In this document: piece by piece, positions 36,139-45,174 of the stretch | Layout: each line of letters opens with the position of its first letter | Position numbering within the stretch: the stretch's first letter is position 1 | Assembly: GCA_017524525.1 (NCBI GenBank) | Contig: JAFXVM010000001.1 | Coordinates: 7,256 to 71,255, forward strand | Length of the DNA stretch: 64,000 nucleotides | Origin: Alphaproteobacteria bacterium | Lineage (GTDB): Bacteria > Pseudomonadota > Alphaproteobacteria > Rs-D84 | Direction: 5' to 3' | Notes under the pieces: generated by a model | Told to the model about the DNA's origin: nothing | The model's database searches: none | The model's input: the letters and a program-made list of their open reading frames with translations, nothing else | Program-made: the position numbers and the translations under genes

Positions 36139-36627
36139 TTATCTAGAAGAAACAGCACGATAATCCACCGCACGAGCCCCCGCAGAATCACTGTCACAAA
36201 GCACCCATGGCGTATCTTGTCCACGTACTTGGACACTTCTGTAATGATTTGGTGTCACAACAAGAATAGTAAAAGCGATTAAAACCCAGAAAAATCCCTT
36301 GGTCAATGCCCATGGCATTTTATACGCATCTTCGACAAACTTATCTTTCAAAAGGTTTTGATAAAGCGCCCATCCCCAACTGAAAAACAAAACAATCCCA
36401 AAAAACAGAAAAGCAATCGAAGCATATCTACTGAGTGTATGCAAAGAACTAGATATACCAGTCCATGTAGTATTATCTATGGGACATATGTATAACACAT
36501 TGGCAGAATCTATGCCTGCACGCAATTTTACAGATGTTCTGCCATCAAGATTCATATTAAAAGCCGCGCCTAATATGACAAAAGTAAAAAGCAATACAGA
36601 AAAAACTAACCCTGGTTTTTTATTCAT
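36139..36627 (-). CDS. Hypothetical multi-pass membrane protein
   Basis: 162 aa with about 4 hydrophobic segments. Confidence 0.4.
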   Translation of the reverse strand: MNKKPGLVFSVLLFTFVILGAAFNMNLDGRTSVKLRAGIDSANVLYICPIDNTTWTGISSSLHTLSRYASIAFLFFGIVLFFSWGWALYQNLLKDKFVEDAYKMPWALTKGFFWVLIAFTILVVTPNHYRSVQVRGQDTPWVLCDSDSAGARAVDYRAVSSR

Positions 36628-36739
36628 ATCTCTGCCTCTTGAAATACATTATATCATAAAATATACACCTTTTGCAATTTTATGATTGAATATCACAACT
36701 TTTAATTTTATCATAAAGCGACAACCAAGGAAACAACTA

Positions 36740-38818
36740 ATGACATATAATGATATAAGAAAGATTTTTTTAACCTATTTTGAACAACATGGACATAAAA
36801 TTGTGCCATCTGCATCGCTGATTCCTAATGATCCAACACTGTTATTTTCTGTTGCTGGCATGGTTCAATGGAAAGGCGTATTCCAAGGTACAGAGCAACC
36901 AATCGCACCACGCGTTGCAAATGTTCAAAAGTGTATTCGCGCAGGTGGAAAACACAACGATTTAGAAGATGTTGGTTTTGATGGTCGTCATCACACTTTC
37001 TTTGAAATGCTGGGGAATTGGTCTTTTGGCGATTATTTCAAAGAAGGCGCTATTGAAATGTCTTGGGAATTATTGACCAAAGTTATTGGTTTAGACCCAA
37101 ACAGAATCGTGGTGACAACTCATATAAGCGATGACGAAGCAACAGCGATTTGGAAAAAAATTACTGGCAAAGATGCTATACGTCTTGACAAAGACAATTG
37201 GTGGTCAGCAGGTGAAACGGGTCCATGTGGTCCATGCACGGAAATGCATTATGATTTTGGTCCAGATGTTCCGGGTGGTCTGCCGGGCAGCCCAGACGAA
37301 GACGGTGGACGTTTTGTAGAAATTTGGAACGATGTATTTATGCAATACGACAGAGATGCTAATGGAAATTTAACACCTCTTCCTAAACAAAATGTTGATA
37401 CTGGTGCAGGACTGGAAAGATGGGCTGCGGTTTTACAAAACAAACTGGATAATTATGATACTGATTTGTTTGCAAATTTGAAAAGCGCAGTTTCTGATTT
37501 GACTGGTGTTAAAGAAACAGAAGAAAACAAACCAAGTTTTAAAATCATTACTGACCATTTACGCGCTGTAGGTTTTGCTATTGCTGATGGTGTTATCCCA
37601 AGTAATGCTGACCGTGGTTATGTAATTCGTAGAATTTTACGTCGTGCGATGCGTCACGGACAAATATTGGGACACAAAGGCGAATTGTTGTCTGCATTGT
37701 ATCCTGCGTTAGTCAAAGAAATGGGCGATGCTTATCCTGAATTAAAAACCCAAGAAAAGCATGTTGTAGAAATTATCAAAAACGAAGAAAATTCTTTTGC
37801 TGATATGTTGCAAAATGGTATGAAGTTATTGGAAAGCGAATTACCAAAAGTGAACAATAACATATTACCTGGGGAAATCGCTTTCAAGTTGTTTGATACT
37901 TATGGATTTCCACTTGATTTGACTCAAATGATTTTGCGCGATAAAAAAATGGATGTCGATGTTGATTCGTTCGAAAAATGTATGAAAGAACAAAAAGAAC
38001 GTTCACGCGCAGACACACGCGGAACACGCGTATTATGGGAATCTCAAACTGATTTGCCAGCAACAGATGATTCTGAAAAATACGAAGCAGAAACAAATAG
38101 AACTGCGAAAGTTTTATCCATATTACGTGGCGAAGAATTTGTAAAATCTGCAAACCCAGGTGATGCTGTGGAAATTGCTTTGGACCACACACCTTTCTAT
38201 GGCACCCAAGGCGGTCAAGTTGGCGATATGGGCGTATTCAAAATCGGTGATAAAATTGTAATGAATGTTGCTGAAACAAATCGTGTTGGCAATGTCGTTA
38301 TTCACAAAGGAACACTGACAGAGCCTGTGTCAATTGGTGATGAAGTAATTCCAGAAATTAACTTAACAGTTCGTCAACAAACTGCACGCGCACATACTGC
38401 GACTCATTTATTACAGGCGGCTTTGCGTCAGGTATTAAACGAAGATGTAGAACAACGCGGTTCTAAGGTTGCACCTGATTCTGTGCGTTTTGATTTCTCT
38501 TTTGGTCGTGCGATGAGCGCAGAAGAAAAGCAATCAGTTGAAGATTTGGTTAACAAATGGATTGCACAAAATTTAACTGTTTCTCATGAAGAAATGGATA
38601 TTGAATCTGCAAAAAAACGTGGTGCGATGGCTTTGTTTGGTGAAAAATATGGTGACCGTGTTCGCGTTATAACCGCGGGCGATGTATCTTGCGAATTATG
38701 TGGTGGAACACATGTTTATCACACTGGCGAAATTATCAAAGCACGCATAAACAAAGAAAAATCTATCAGTTCTGGAATACGTCGTATTACTATGTCTGTT
38801 GGAACATTGGCGGAATAG
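36740..38818 (+). CDS. alaS: Alanine-tRNA ligase lacking the C-terminal C-Ala domain
   Basis: 692 aa from ATG 36740. N-terminal IRKIFLTYFEQHGHKIVPSASLIP, editing-domain HxxxH (HTATHLLQAAL) and CGGTHV. The ORF ends about 25 aa after CGGTHV. Confidence 0.85.
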   Translation: MTYNDIRKIFLTYFEQHGHKIVPSASLIPNDPTLLFSVAGMVQWKGVFQGTEQPIAPRVANVQKCIRAGGKHNDLEDVGFDGRHHTFFEMLGNWSFGDYFKEGAIEMSWELLTKVIGLDPNRIVVTTHISDDEATAIWKKITGKDAIRLDKDNWWSAGETGPCGPCTEMHYDFGPDVPGGLPGSPDEDGGRFVEIWNDVFMQYDRDANGNLTPLPKQNVDTGAGLERWAAVLQNKLDNYDTDLFANLKSAVSDLTGVKETEENKPSFKIITDHLRAVGFAIADGVIPSNADRGYVIRRILRRAMRHGQILGHKGELLSALYPALVKEMGDAYPELKTQEKHVVEIIKNEENSFADMLQNGMKLLESELPKVNNNILPGEIAFKLFDTYGFPLDLTQMILRDKKMDVDVDSFEKCMKEQKERSRADTRGTRVLWESQTDLPATDDSEKYEAETNRTAKVLSILRGEEFVKSANPGDAVEIALDHTPFYGTQGGQVGDMGVFKIGDKIVMNVAETNRVGNVVIHKGTLTEPVSIGDEVIPEINLTVRQQTARAHTATHLLQAALRQVLNEDVEQRGSKVAPDSVRFDFSFGRAMSAEEKQSVEDLVNKWIAQNLTVSHEEMDIESAKKRGAMALFGEKYGDRVRVITAGDVSCELCGGTHVYHTGEIIKARINKEKSISSGIRRITMSVGTLAE

Positions 38819-38822
38819 TTTA

Positions 38823-39197
38823 ATGAAACAATTAAGTGACAAAGATATTGCAGATATGATTGGCGAAGATTTCACAGCAGATGATGATTCTGTAAAAAAA
38901 TCAGTTCGTCAATCTTTGCACTTGTCAACGCGCGTTCCAAAACCGATTGAAAAAACACCTGAACATATAACCATCGATTTTCATCAGCACACAGAAGAAG
39001 AAGCATGGAATATGTTAATTGAAACTGTCACATCTGGCGCACGCAGCGCAACTGTGATAACTGGCGCCAGTGGAATATTAAAACAAAAATTTCCACAATG
39101 GATGACCCAGAGTATAATCAGCCCACACATAATTTCATTCAAACCATTAAATAACGGCAGTTTCGAAATCAAAATTCATAAACCAAAGGAAGGATAA
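38823..39197 (+). CDS. Smr domain protein
   Basis: 124 aa. ITIDFHQHTEEEAWNML...VITGASG... is the Smr pattern. Confidence 0.65.
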   Translation: MKQLSDKDIADMIGEDFTADDDSVKKSVRQSLHLSTRVPKPIEKTPEHITIDFHQHTEEEAWNMLIETVTSGARSATVITGASGILKQKFPQWMTQSIISPHIISFKPLNNGSFEIKIHKPKEG

Positions 39198-39201
39198 TAA
39201 T

Positions 39202-39819
39202 ATGGCTAAATTACATTTTTATTACGGTGTTATGGCATCTTCTAAATCTGCCCTGCTTTGCATCAATGCGTATAATTTAAGACGCACTGACAATAAATTT
39301 GAAGTTATTAAACCATCCATAGACAACCGCGATTCAACCAGCAAAATCGTTTCCAGAATCGGTCTGTCAACTGATGCACGCGCATTACCAAATCTTGATA
39401 ATTACAAACCAAAACGCGGAACACAGTTTATACTGATTGACGAAGTTCAATTTTTTTCGCCATCCGACATTGATAAATTGGTTCAAATTGCAGACCATTC
39501 AAAAATAACTATAATTTGTTATGGTTTGGTCGTGGACAGCAATGGGAATATGTTTCCTGCGTCCAAAAGATTATTTGAAGCAAATGCAGAAAAACACGAA
39601 ATTGAAACAGTTTGCGAAATGCCAGGTTGCGTAAATTCAGCCAATAATCATTTGCGCTTTGACGCCAAAGGCAATGTTATTCGTGGTGGCAGCCAAGTTG
39701 AAGTTGGCGCATCACAATATAAATCTGTGTGCCGTCAGCACTTTAATTCGATATACTATGGCAATCCAAACTTTAACCTGTTGGCATACATACGCGACAC
39801 AAAAAGAAGACAAAAATAA
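39202..39819 (+). CDS. tdk: Thymidine kinase
   Basis: 205 aa. Collinear with E. coli Tdk as I recall it (LHFYYGVMASSKS, ILIDEVQFF, ICYGL, VCRQH). The P-loop reads SSKS rather than AGKS. Confidence 0.8.
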   Translation: MAKLHFYYGVMASSKSALLCINAYNLRRTDNKFEVIKPSIDNRDSTSKIVSRIGLSTDARALPNLDNYKPKRGTQFILIDEVQFFSPSDIDKLVQIADHSKITIICYGLVVDSNGNMFPASKRLFEANAEKHEIETVCEMPGCVNSANNHLRFDAKGNVIRGGSQVEVGASQYKSVCRQHFNSIYYGNPNFNLLAYIRDTKRRQK

Positions 39820-39852
39820 AACACGACCTAAAGCCGTGTTTTATTTTTATTC

Positions 39853-39865
39853 TGGCGCGCCCAGA
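39853..39865 (-). repeat. 13-nt copy of the tRNA-Arg 3' end
   Basis: tggcgcgcccaga is identical to 40054-40066. Confidence 0.6.
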
Positions 39866-40053
39866 TTCCTCCTTGATAAACAATAATCAACCCTATGCAA
39901 AAACTCTATTAAACATATCCGTTTTTGCACGGTTGCTAATTGTTCATCTACGTATTCGCCATGCGCTTTGCTCTGGCGTATCCTTCTGGGCGACACACAT
40001 CAACAATGTTTAATAAAAAAATGCCACACGAGGTGGCATTTTTTATTAAATCG

Positions 40054-40130
40054 TGGCGCGCCCAGAAGGATTCGAACCCTCAACCTTCTGATCCGTAGTC
40101 AGATGCTCTATCCAATTGAGCCATGGGCGC
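40054..40130 (-). tRNA. tRNA-Arg (anticodon ACG)
   Basis: The reverse complement folds by hand. Acceptor GCGCCCA pairs with TGGGCGC. Anticodon stem TCTGA/TCAGA with loop CTACGGA. T-loop TTCGAAT and an encoded CCA. Confidence 0.9.
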
Positions 40131-40366
40131 AATGTTTTATATTTTATACCCTTTTATTTGAATTGCAAGAAAAAATAATAAATTTACGAAGCACGTGTTT
40201 TCAACACTTTTGGTATTCTTGACCGTCGCCTTTGGCGATACACCGCATATAGCGGGAAAATTTTGCGTTTATGACGGAAGCATAAATTTCCCCTTGCGGG
40301 GGTTGGGGAAAAATAGTATAATACCAATATGATAAATTAATTAGAGAATTGGGGGATTTTCATACC

Positions 40367-41605
40367 ATGAAATTCACAAAATTTACATTTTTAATGCTGG
40401 GCGCAACAGTGTTATCGTTGGGACAAATGGGCGACACCTATGCTACATCTTGTACAACTGCTGGGGCTGGAAGTGTGTGTCTCGGGACAACACTTAGAGA
40501 TTGTGCTCCAGGTTGTTATTGCACAGGCGGAGGAAACTGGTCAATCTCAAAAGGTGATTTTCACGATGCCTGTTCTAAGAGATGGTCCAATGTTGACGGA
40601 ACACATGGAGCATATTTGTGTCCTAAAGACTTCCCAAACTCTGCCAATAAAGCATCAAAAGACACTGAATGTTATACTACTTGGGGCAACTCAGTGGTTT
40701 TCTATCATACGGTTATAAATTGTGAACCAGGTTATTATCTACCAAAAAAAACAACGGAATGTGCCGAATGTCCAACAGACGAAGGAAACGCAGATAAATA
40801 CTGTCCTGGTTCTGCTAGTGAAAATGGTTTTTGGGTAAGTCCTGATTATGATAAAGGTTTAAAAAACTGCGCATCTGGATACACACCAAACAGATATCGT
40901 ACAGGCTGTGATAAAATTCCTGACCCGGTGCAATGTATACAAGGGTCCTTTTTGCCCGCTAATTCAAAAGATTGCGCTGAATGCCTGGATGGGTTCGTGT
41001 GTCCTGGCGCTTTGGACGAAAACAATAAACTATTGAACAAACCAGGGGAGTATGCACCTGATTTACCAATTAAACAAGGGATATATTATCCAGACGAAAT
41101 ATGCACCGGGGCGGATGAAATAGTTAATCGTAACAAAAGCGGATGCACTTCGTGTGGGGCGGGCAAGAAAGCAAATGAACAACACACGGAATGTGTGGAT
41201 GCGGAAATAACGGTTCCAGCGGGGGAATATTTGCCTGCTAATCGCGTTGAACCCGTTGATTGTACAGGGGCAAAAAAATTCTGTCCTGGTGGAAAATTCA
41301 TGAAAAAAGAAATTGAACAGGGTCGCTATGATTGTCCTTTTAATTCAACCCCTAAGAAAATAAATCCCACCAGTGCTGGTTTTGATGGTTGCGATTTGAA
41401 TTTGACCAAAGACCAAATGAAGAATGGTATTTCTGGTAATGGGGAATGTTGGAAAAAAACAGACCCTGACGATTACAGATATTGCATTTATGGCGTTCGT
41501 TTCGAATTGCCTAACAACTATATGGGTGGTGGCAAAGGTCCTGCTGTTTATAATCTACCCAGCATGCCATACGTGCAAGCAACAATTATCAAGAGGGGAC
41601 AATGA
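40367..41605 (+). CDS. Secreted cysteine-rich repeat protein (furin/TNFR/ephrin-receptor-like Cys modules)
   Basis: 412 aa from ATG 40367. Signal peptide FTFLMLGATVLSLGQMGDTYA. Roughly 35 or more Cys in recurring modules: CAPGCYCTGG, CEPGYYLPKKTTECAECP, CIQGSFLPANSKDCAECLDGFVCPG, and PAGEYLPANRVEPVDCTGAKKFCPGG. Confidence 0.6.
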   Translation: MKFTKFTFLMLGATVLSLGQMGDTYATSCTTAGAGSVCLGTTLRDCAPGCYCTGGGNWSISKGDFHDACSKRWSNVDGTHGAYLCPKDFPNSANKASKDTECYTTWGNSVVFYHTVINCEPGYYLPKKTTECAECPTDEGNADKYCPGSASENGFWVSPDYDKGLKNCASGYTPNRYRTGCDKIPDPVQCIQGSFLPANSKDCAECLDGFVCPGALDENNKLLNKPGEYAPDLPIKQGIYYPDEICTGADEIVNRNKSGCTSCGAGKKANEQHTECVDAEITVPAGEYLPANRVEPVDCTGAKKFCPGGKFMKKEIEQGRYDCPFNSTPKKINPTSAGFDGCDLNLTKDQMKNGISGNGECWKKTDPDDYRYCIYGVRFELPNNYMGGGKGPAVYNLPSMPYVQATIIKRGQ

Positions 41606-41680
41606 GTCCGGATCAAACAACAGCAAAGCCTTCAACTCAACCGGCAATCGGTAAAGGGAATAATATTTAAACACTATTGT

Positions 41681-41710
41681 CACCCATCGTTCCCGATGGG
41701 TGTTTTTTTT
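41681..41710 (+). terminator. Intrinsic terminator
   Basis: CACCCATCGTTCCCGATGGGTG followed by T8. Confidence 0.7.
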
Positions 41711-41762
41711 GATTTTTTGTTACAGAGTGTATGCTTGTCACACGAAGTTTTAACGAAGTGGG

Positions 41763-41915
41763 GTCATTGCGAAGAACAAAATTGGCAACCAAGCAACGCT
41801 GTTGTTAATTTTGTGACGTGGCAATCCAGGTGTATTATTGTGTCTGGCGTTCCGACAGACTGCTTTTCTATAAAAACCTGGATGCTCACGCTCGTTTACA
41901 CTCGCTCAGCATGAC
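41763..41915. repeat. Nested imperfect palindromic element (REP/MITE-like)
   Basis: The outer arm gtcattgcgaagaac (41763) matches the reverse complement of ctcgctcagcatgac (41901). The inner arm cgtggcaatccaggt (41817) matches the reverse complement of acctggatgctcacg (41876). Confidence 0.55.
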
Positions 41916-41935
41916 ATAGCCCGTTGAGCTGTTTA

Positions 41936-42018
41936 ACCCCCTCCCGCCTGCGGCGTACTCCCCCACATTGGGGGAGAACCCTCCCCCGCCCTGCGGGTCC
42001 CCGCCCCCCAAGGGGAGA
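41936..42018. repeat. GC-rich C/G-tract element with hairpins
   Basis: ccccctcccgcctgcgg...ctcccccacattgggggag...ccctcccccgccctgcgggtccccgccccccaaggggag. It stands out against the AT-rich background. A related ccccttgcgggggttgggg occurs at 40290-40308. Confidence 0.6.
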
Positions 42019-42022
42019 ATTT

Positions 42023-43240
42023 TTATTCGTATCTTAAACTGTCGATTGGGTTTAACTTAGCGGCCTTGATTGCAGGCATTACACCAGATGCCAATCCCAC
42101 AACCACAGCGACCGAAACAGACACTATGACCGGCCAAATTGAAAACGGTACATTATAATGCAATATGAATCTTCCCACGCCTTGGGACAAGCCTACACCA
42201 AGTATAAGACCAAACATAGAGCCGATAAATGATATTAGAATTGATTCTGATAAAAATTGAGTGACAATCGTGCTTTCTTGGGCGCCAATCGCCTTTCTTA
42301 TGCCAATTTCACGCGTACGTTCTGCAACAGATACCAACATCATGTTCATAATACCAATAGAACCAACCAATAATGAAACCGCTGCTATTGCTATCAACAA
42401 AAGCGTTAAATAGCCCGTCACTGTTTCCATTGTTTCCATAACCTGCTTCATGTCAGTGATTTGAAAATCGTCTGCATCACCGTCTTTTAATTTATGACGT
42501 TGGCGCAACAATGAAGTAATTTGTTCAGTTGCTATATCATTGTCTGCGTCTTGGTATAATTTCAATGCTATCATGGACACCGAATTAGGAAAACGTGAAC
42601 CTGTGATTCTTTTTTTCAAAGTCGTAATTGGCACAATTATCATATCGTCTTGGGACCCCATGCCAGAACTGCCCTTTGCTTTGGTGACACCGATAATTGT
42701 TAATGGCGTATTACGAACACGGATAATTTCACCCACTGGATTTTTAGGCAACCCCAACTCTTCGGCTGTTTCTGGTCCAATAACCGCGTATGTCGCAGCG
42801 TTTCGAACCGCAGACATATCCAAAAATGTTCCTGATTCCATTTCGATATTTTGAACCGTTGCGTATCCTGGATATACCCCAACCATCGAAGTTGACCAAT
42901 TCTTGTTTCCATAGACAACCTGGGCACCTGTACTGTCCATCGGGGTCACAGCCGCAACATCTGGCAACTGCGAAAGATATGTTATATCATCCATTGTCAA
43001 AGTCATACGATTACCACTGCGTACGCCCGCGCTTTGTGCTGCACCAGCACGTATCATTATCGTATTTGTCCCCAGAGATGAAAATTGGTCTGTGATAGAT
43101 TGTTGCACCGTTTCGCCAACTGCAACCATTATCACAACAGCCATAATACCAATCACTATACCCAGCACTGTCAAAAATGAACGCATTTTATTCCCAGATA
43201 TAGACAACCATGATTCATGCATAATATCGTAAAATGTCAT
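42023..43240 (-). CDS. ABC transporter permease, MacB/FtsX type
   Basis: 405 aa. N-terminal TM helix, a large periplasmic domain, and a C-terminal FtsX 3-TM bundle. Confidence 0.8.
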   Translation of the reverse strand: MTFYDIMHESWLSISGNKMRSFLTVLGIVIGIMAVVIMVAVGETVQQSITDQFSSLGTNTIMIRAGAAQSAGVRSGNRMTLTMDDITYLSQLPDVAAVTPMDSTGAQVVYGNKNWSTSMVGVYPGYATVQNIEMESGTFLDMSAVRNAATYAVIGPETAEELGLPKNPVGEIIRVRNTPLTIIGVTKAKGSSGMGSQDDMIIVPITTLKKRITGSRFPNSVSMIALKLYQDADNDIATEQITSLLRQRHKLKDGDADDFQITDMKQVMETMETVTGYLTLLLIAIAAVSLLVGSIGIMNMMLVSVAERTREIGIRKAIGAQESTIVTQFLSESILISFIGSMFGLILGVGLSQGVGRFILHYNVPFSIWPVIVSVSVAVVVGLASGVMPAIKAAKLNPIDSLRYE

Positions 43241-43983
43241 TTTACATGCGCCTTTTTTTCAGATTGTAATAATACAGTTTCATTTTTCGGGACCGGCCCA
43301 TCATAAGTTATATGGCCATCATAAATATGAATAACACGGCTAGCGTATTGCGCTATTTCAAATTCATGAGTAATCATTACGATTGTTATGCCGAGTTCTT
43401 TGTTTAGTTTTTTGAAAAACTTTAATATTTCATTTCCCATCTTAGAATCAAGCGCACCTGTGGGTTCGTCTGCCAGAATCAATTTCGGGTCGCCCGCCAA
43501 TGCACGCGCAATTGCAACGCGTTGTTTCATTCCACCTGATAACTGCGTAGGTAAATATGTTTCAAAATTTTCCAGATTTACCAATTGCAACATTTCACGC
43601 GCACGTTCAAGTCGCTCGTTCATTGGCAAACCACGATACATCAAAGGCAACATCACGTTGTCCAAGATATTTCTTTTGGGTAACAGATTAAAGTTTTGAA
43701 AAACAAAACCAATGTATTCGTTTCGCACCTTTGCTAATTCGTCTGGCAACAATGTCATTATATCTTTGCCATACAATTCATATGTTCCACTGGTTGCACT
43801 GTCCAACGCACCAATAATGTTCATACAAGTTGATTTGCCAGAACCACTGGGACCCATAATCGCAACAAATTCACCTGGGTTTATTGTGAAGGATATATCG
43901 AACAAAACCTGTTGTTCACCCCCCACTTCCAATGGGAAGATTTTACAGATTTTCTTCATAGATATAATTGGCGTTTGTTTCAT
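43237..43983 (-). CDS. ABC transporter ATP-binding protein, MacB/LolD type
   Basis: 248 aa. GPSGSGKST, LSGGMKQRVAIARAL, and LILADEPTGALD. Confidence 0.85.
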   Translation of the reverse strand: MKQTPIISMKKICKIFPLEVGGEQQVLFDISFTINPGEFVAIMGPSGSGKSTCMNIIGALDSATSGTYELYGKDIMTLLPDELAKVRNEYIGFVFQNFNLLPKRNILDNVMLPLMYRGLPMNERLERAREMLQLVNLENFETYLPTQLSGGMKQRVAIARALAGDPKLILADEPTGALDSKMGNEILKFFKKLNKELGITIVMITHEFEIAQYASRVIHIYDGHITYDGPVPKNETVLLQSEKKAHVK

Positions 43984-43995
43984 ATATTTATACCT

Positions 43996-45174
43996 TTAAC
44001 GCGGACCCGGACCACCCATCATGCCACCACGATTATTATTTCTTTGTGTTGTTTTTTGAGTTTTTTGCCCCATATAACCGATTACTATTTTGTCGCCATC
44101 CATAATTTCGTTAGATATAATTTGGGTTTCCGTAGCCGTCGCCAAACCTTTGGTATAAGGAATTAATTTTATTTCATCACCACGTTTAATCGCAAGATGT
44201 GTTTTTGGCGTAATATTTTCATCGCTGACCGCCACTATGCCATCAAAACTGCGAATAAGAAACGCAGAATTTTGCGCTTTCCATGCGTCTTTGGCCTCTG
44301 CTACTATGATTGTCACAAAAGCGGTCATCCCCGGCATAAGTTTCAAATCTGCATTATCTACATCGATTACAACCGTGTAAACAACAACATTTGATGTAGT
44401 TGTAGGAGACAAACGAATTTGACGAACTTCGCCTTTGAAAACACGTGAAGAATACGCATCAACAGTAAATGTCACAGGTTGACCTTGTTTAATCGAACCG
44501 ATGTCTGCTTCGGATACAGAAGTTTCAATTTGCATTTTTGTTAAATCTTCTGCGATATAGAAAAGGTCTGGCGTTTGGAAAGACGCCGCAACTGTTTGAC
44601 CTTTGTCCACCTTTCTTGAAATAACAGTGCCATCCACAGGCGATACAATCGTTGCGTATCCCAAATTAGTCACCGCTTTGTCGTACTGAGATTGTGCGCG
44701 CACAACAGCAGATTCTGCCTGTTCGTAAGTCGTTTGTGCTTTTTCCATTTCACTGCGAGCAATCAATTCGTCTTTGTAAAGCATTTTACTTCTGTCGTAT
44801 TCGTTTTTGGCATAATTGCGCTGAGAAACAGCACTGTCCAACGCAGCCTTAGCCTCGTCAACAGATGCTTGCAAAACGGATGGTTCTATGGTTAATAATT
44901 TATCACCTTTTTTAACCGTGGAATTATAATCTACAAAAATCTCTTCGATTGTTCCAGATACTTGGGAACCAACGCTTACCGTGTTAACCGGCATAATTTC
45001 ACCAGTTGCCGTCACAGTTTGTGATATATCGCCACGCATTATATCCATTGTGACATAGTTCTTCTTTTCCATTTTCTTGGCGCCAAAAACACTTATGCCA
45101 ATAGTCACTATCAAAACCACACCAAACACAGTCCACCATTTATGGCGTTTAAACCAATTCCTTTTATTAGTCAT
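43996..45174 (-). CDS. HlyD/MacA-family periplasmic adaptor
   Basis: 392 aa. N-terminal TM helix, a coiled-coil hairpin, and lipoyl/beta-barrel segments. Confidence 0.75.
   Translation of the reverse strand: MTNKRNWFKRHKWWTVFGVVLIVTIGISVFGAKKMEKKNYVTMDIMRGDISQTVTATGEIMPVNTVSVGSQVSGTIEEIFVDYNSTVKKGDKLLTIEPSVLQASVDEAKAALDSAVSQRNYAKNEYDRSKMLYKDELIARSEMEKAQTTYEQAESAVVRAQSQYDKAVTNLGYATIVSPVDGTVISRKVDKGQTVAASFQTPDLFYIAEDLTKMQIETSVSEADIGSIKQGQPVTFTVDAYSSRVFKGEVRQIRLSPTTTSNVVVYTVVIDVDNADLKLMPGMTAFVTIIVAEAKDAWKAQNSAFLIRSFDGIVAVSDENITPKTHLAIKRGDEIKLIPYTKGLATATETQIISNEIMDGDKIVIGYMGQKTQKTTQRNNNRGGMMGGPGPR

Noticed and set aside
41696-41914. 72-aa ORF downstream of the Cys-rich gene
   Set aside because: It reads through the palindromic repeat element directly after a strong terminator and has no RBS.
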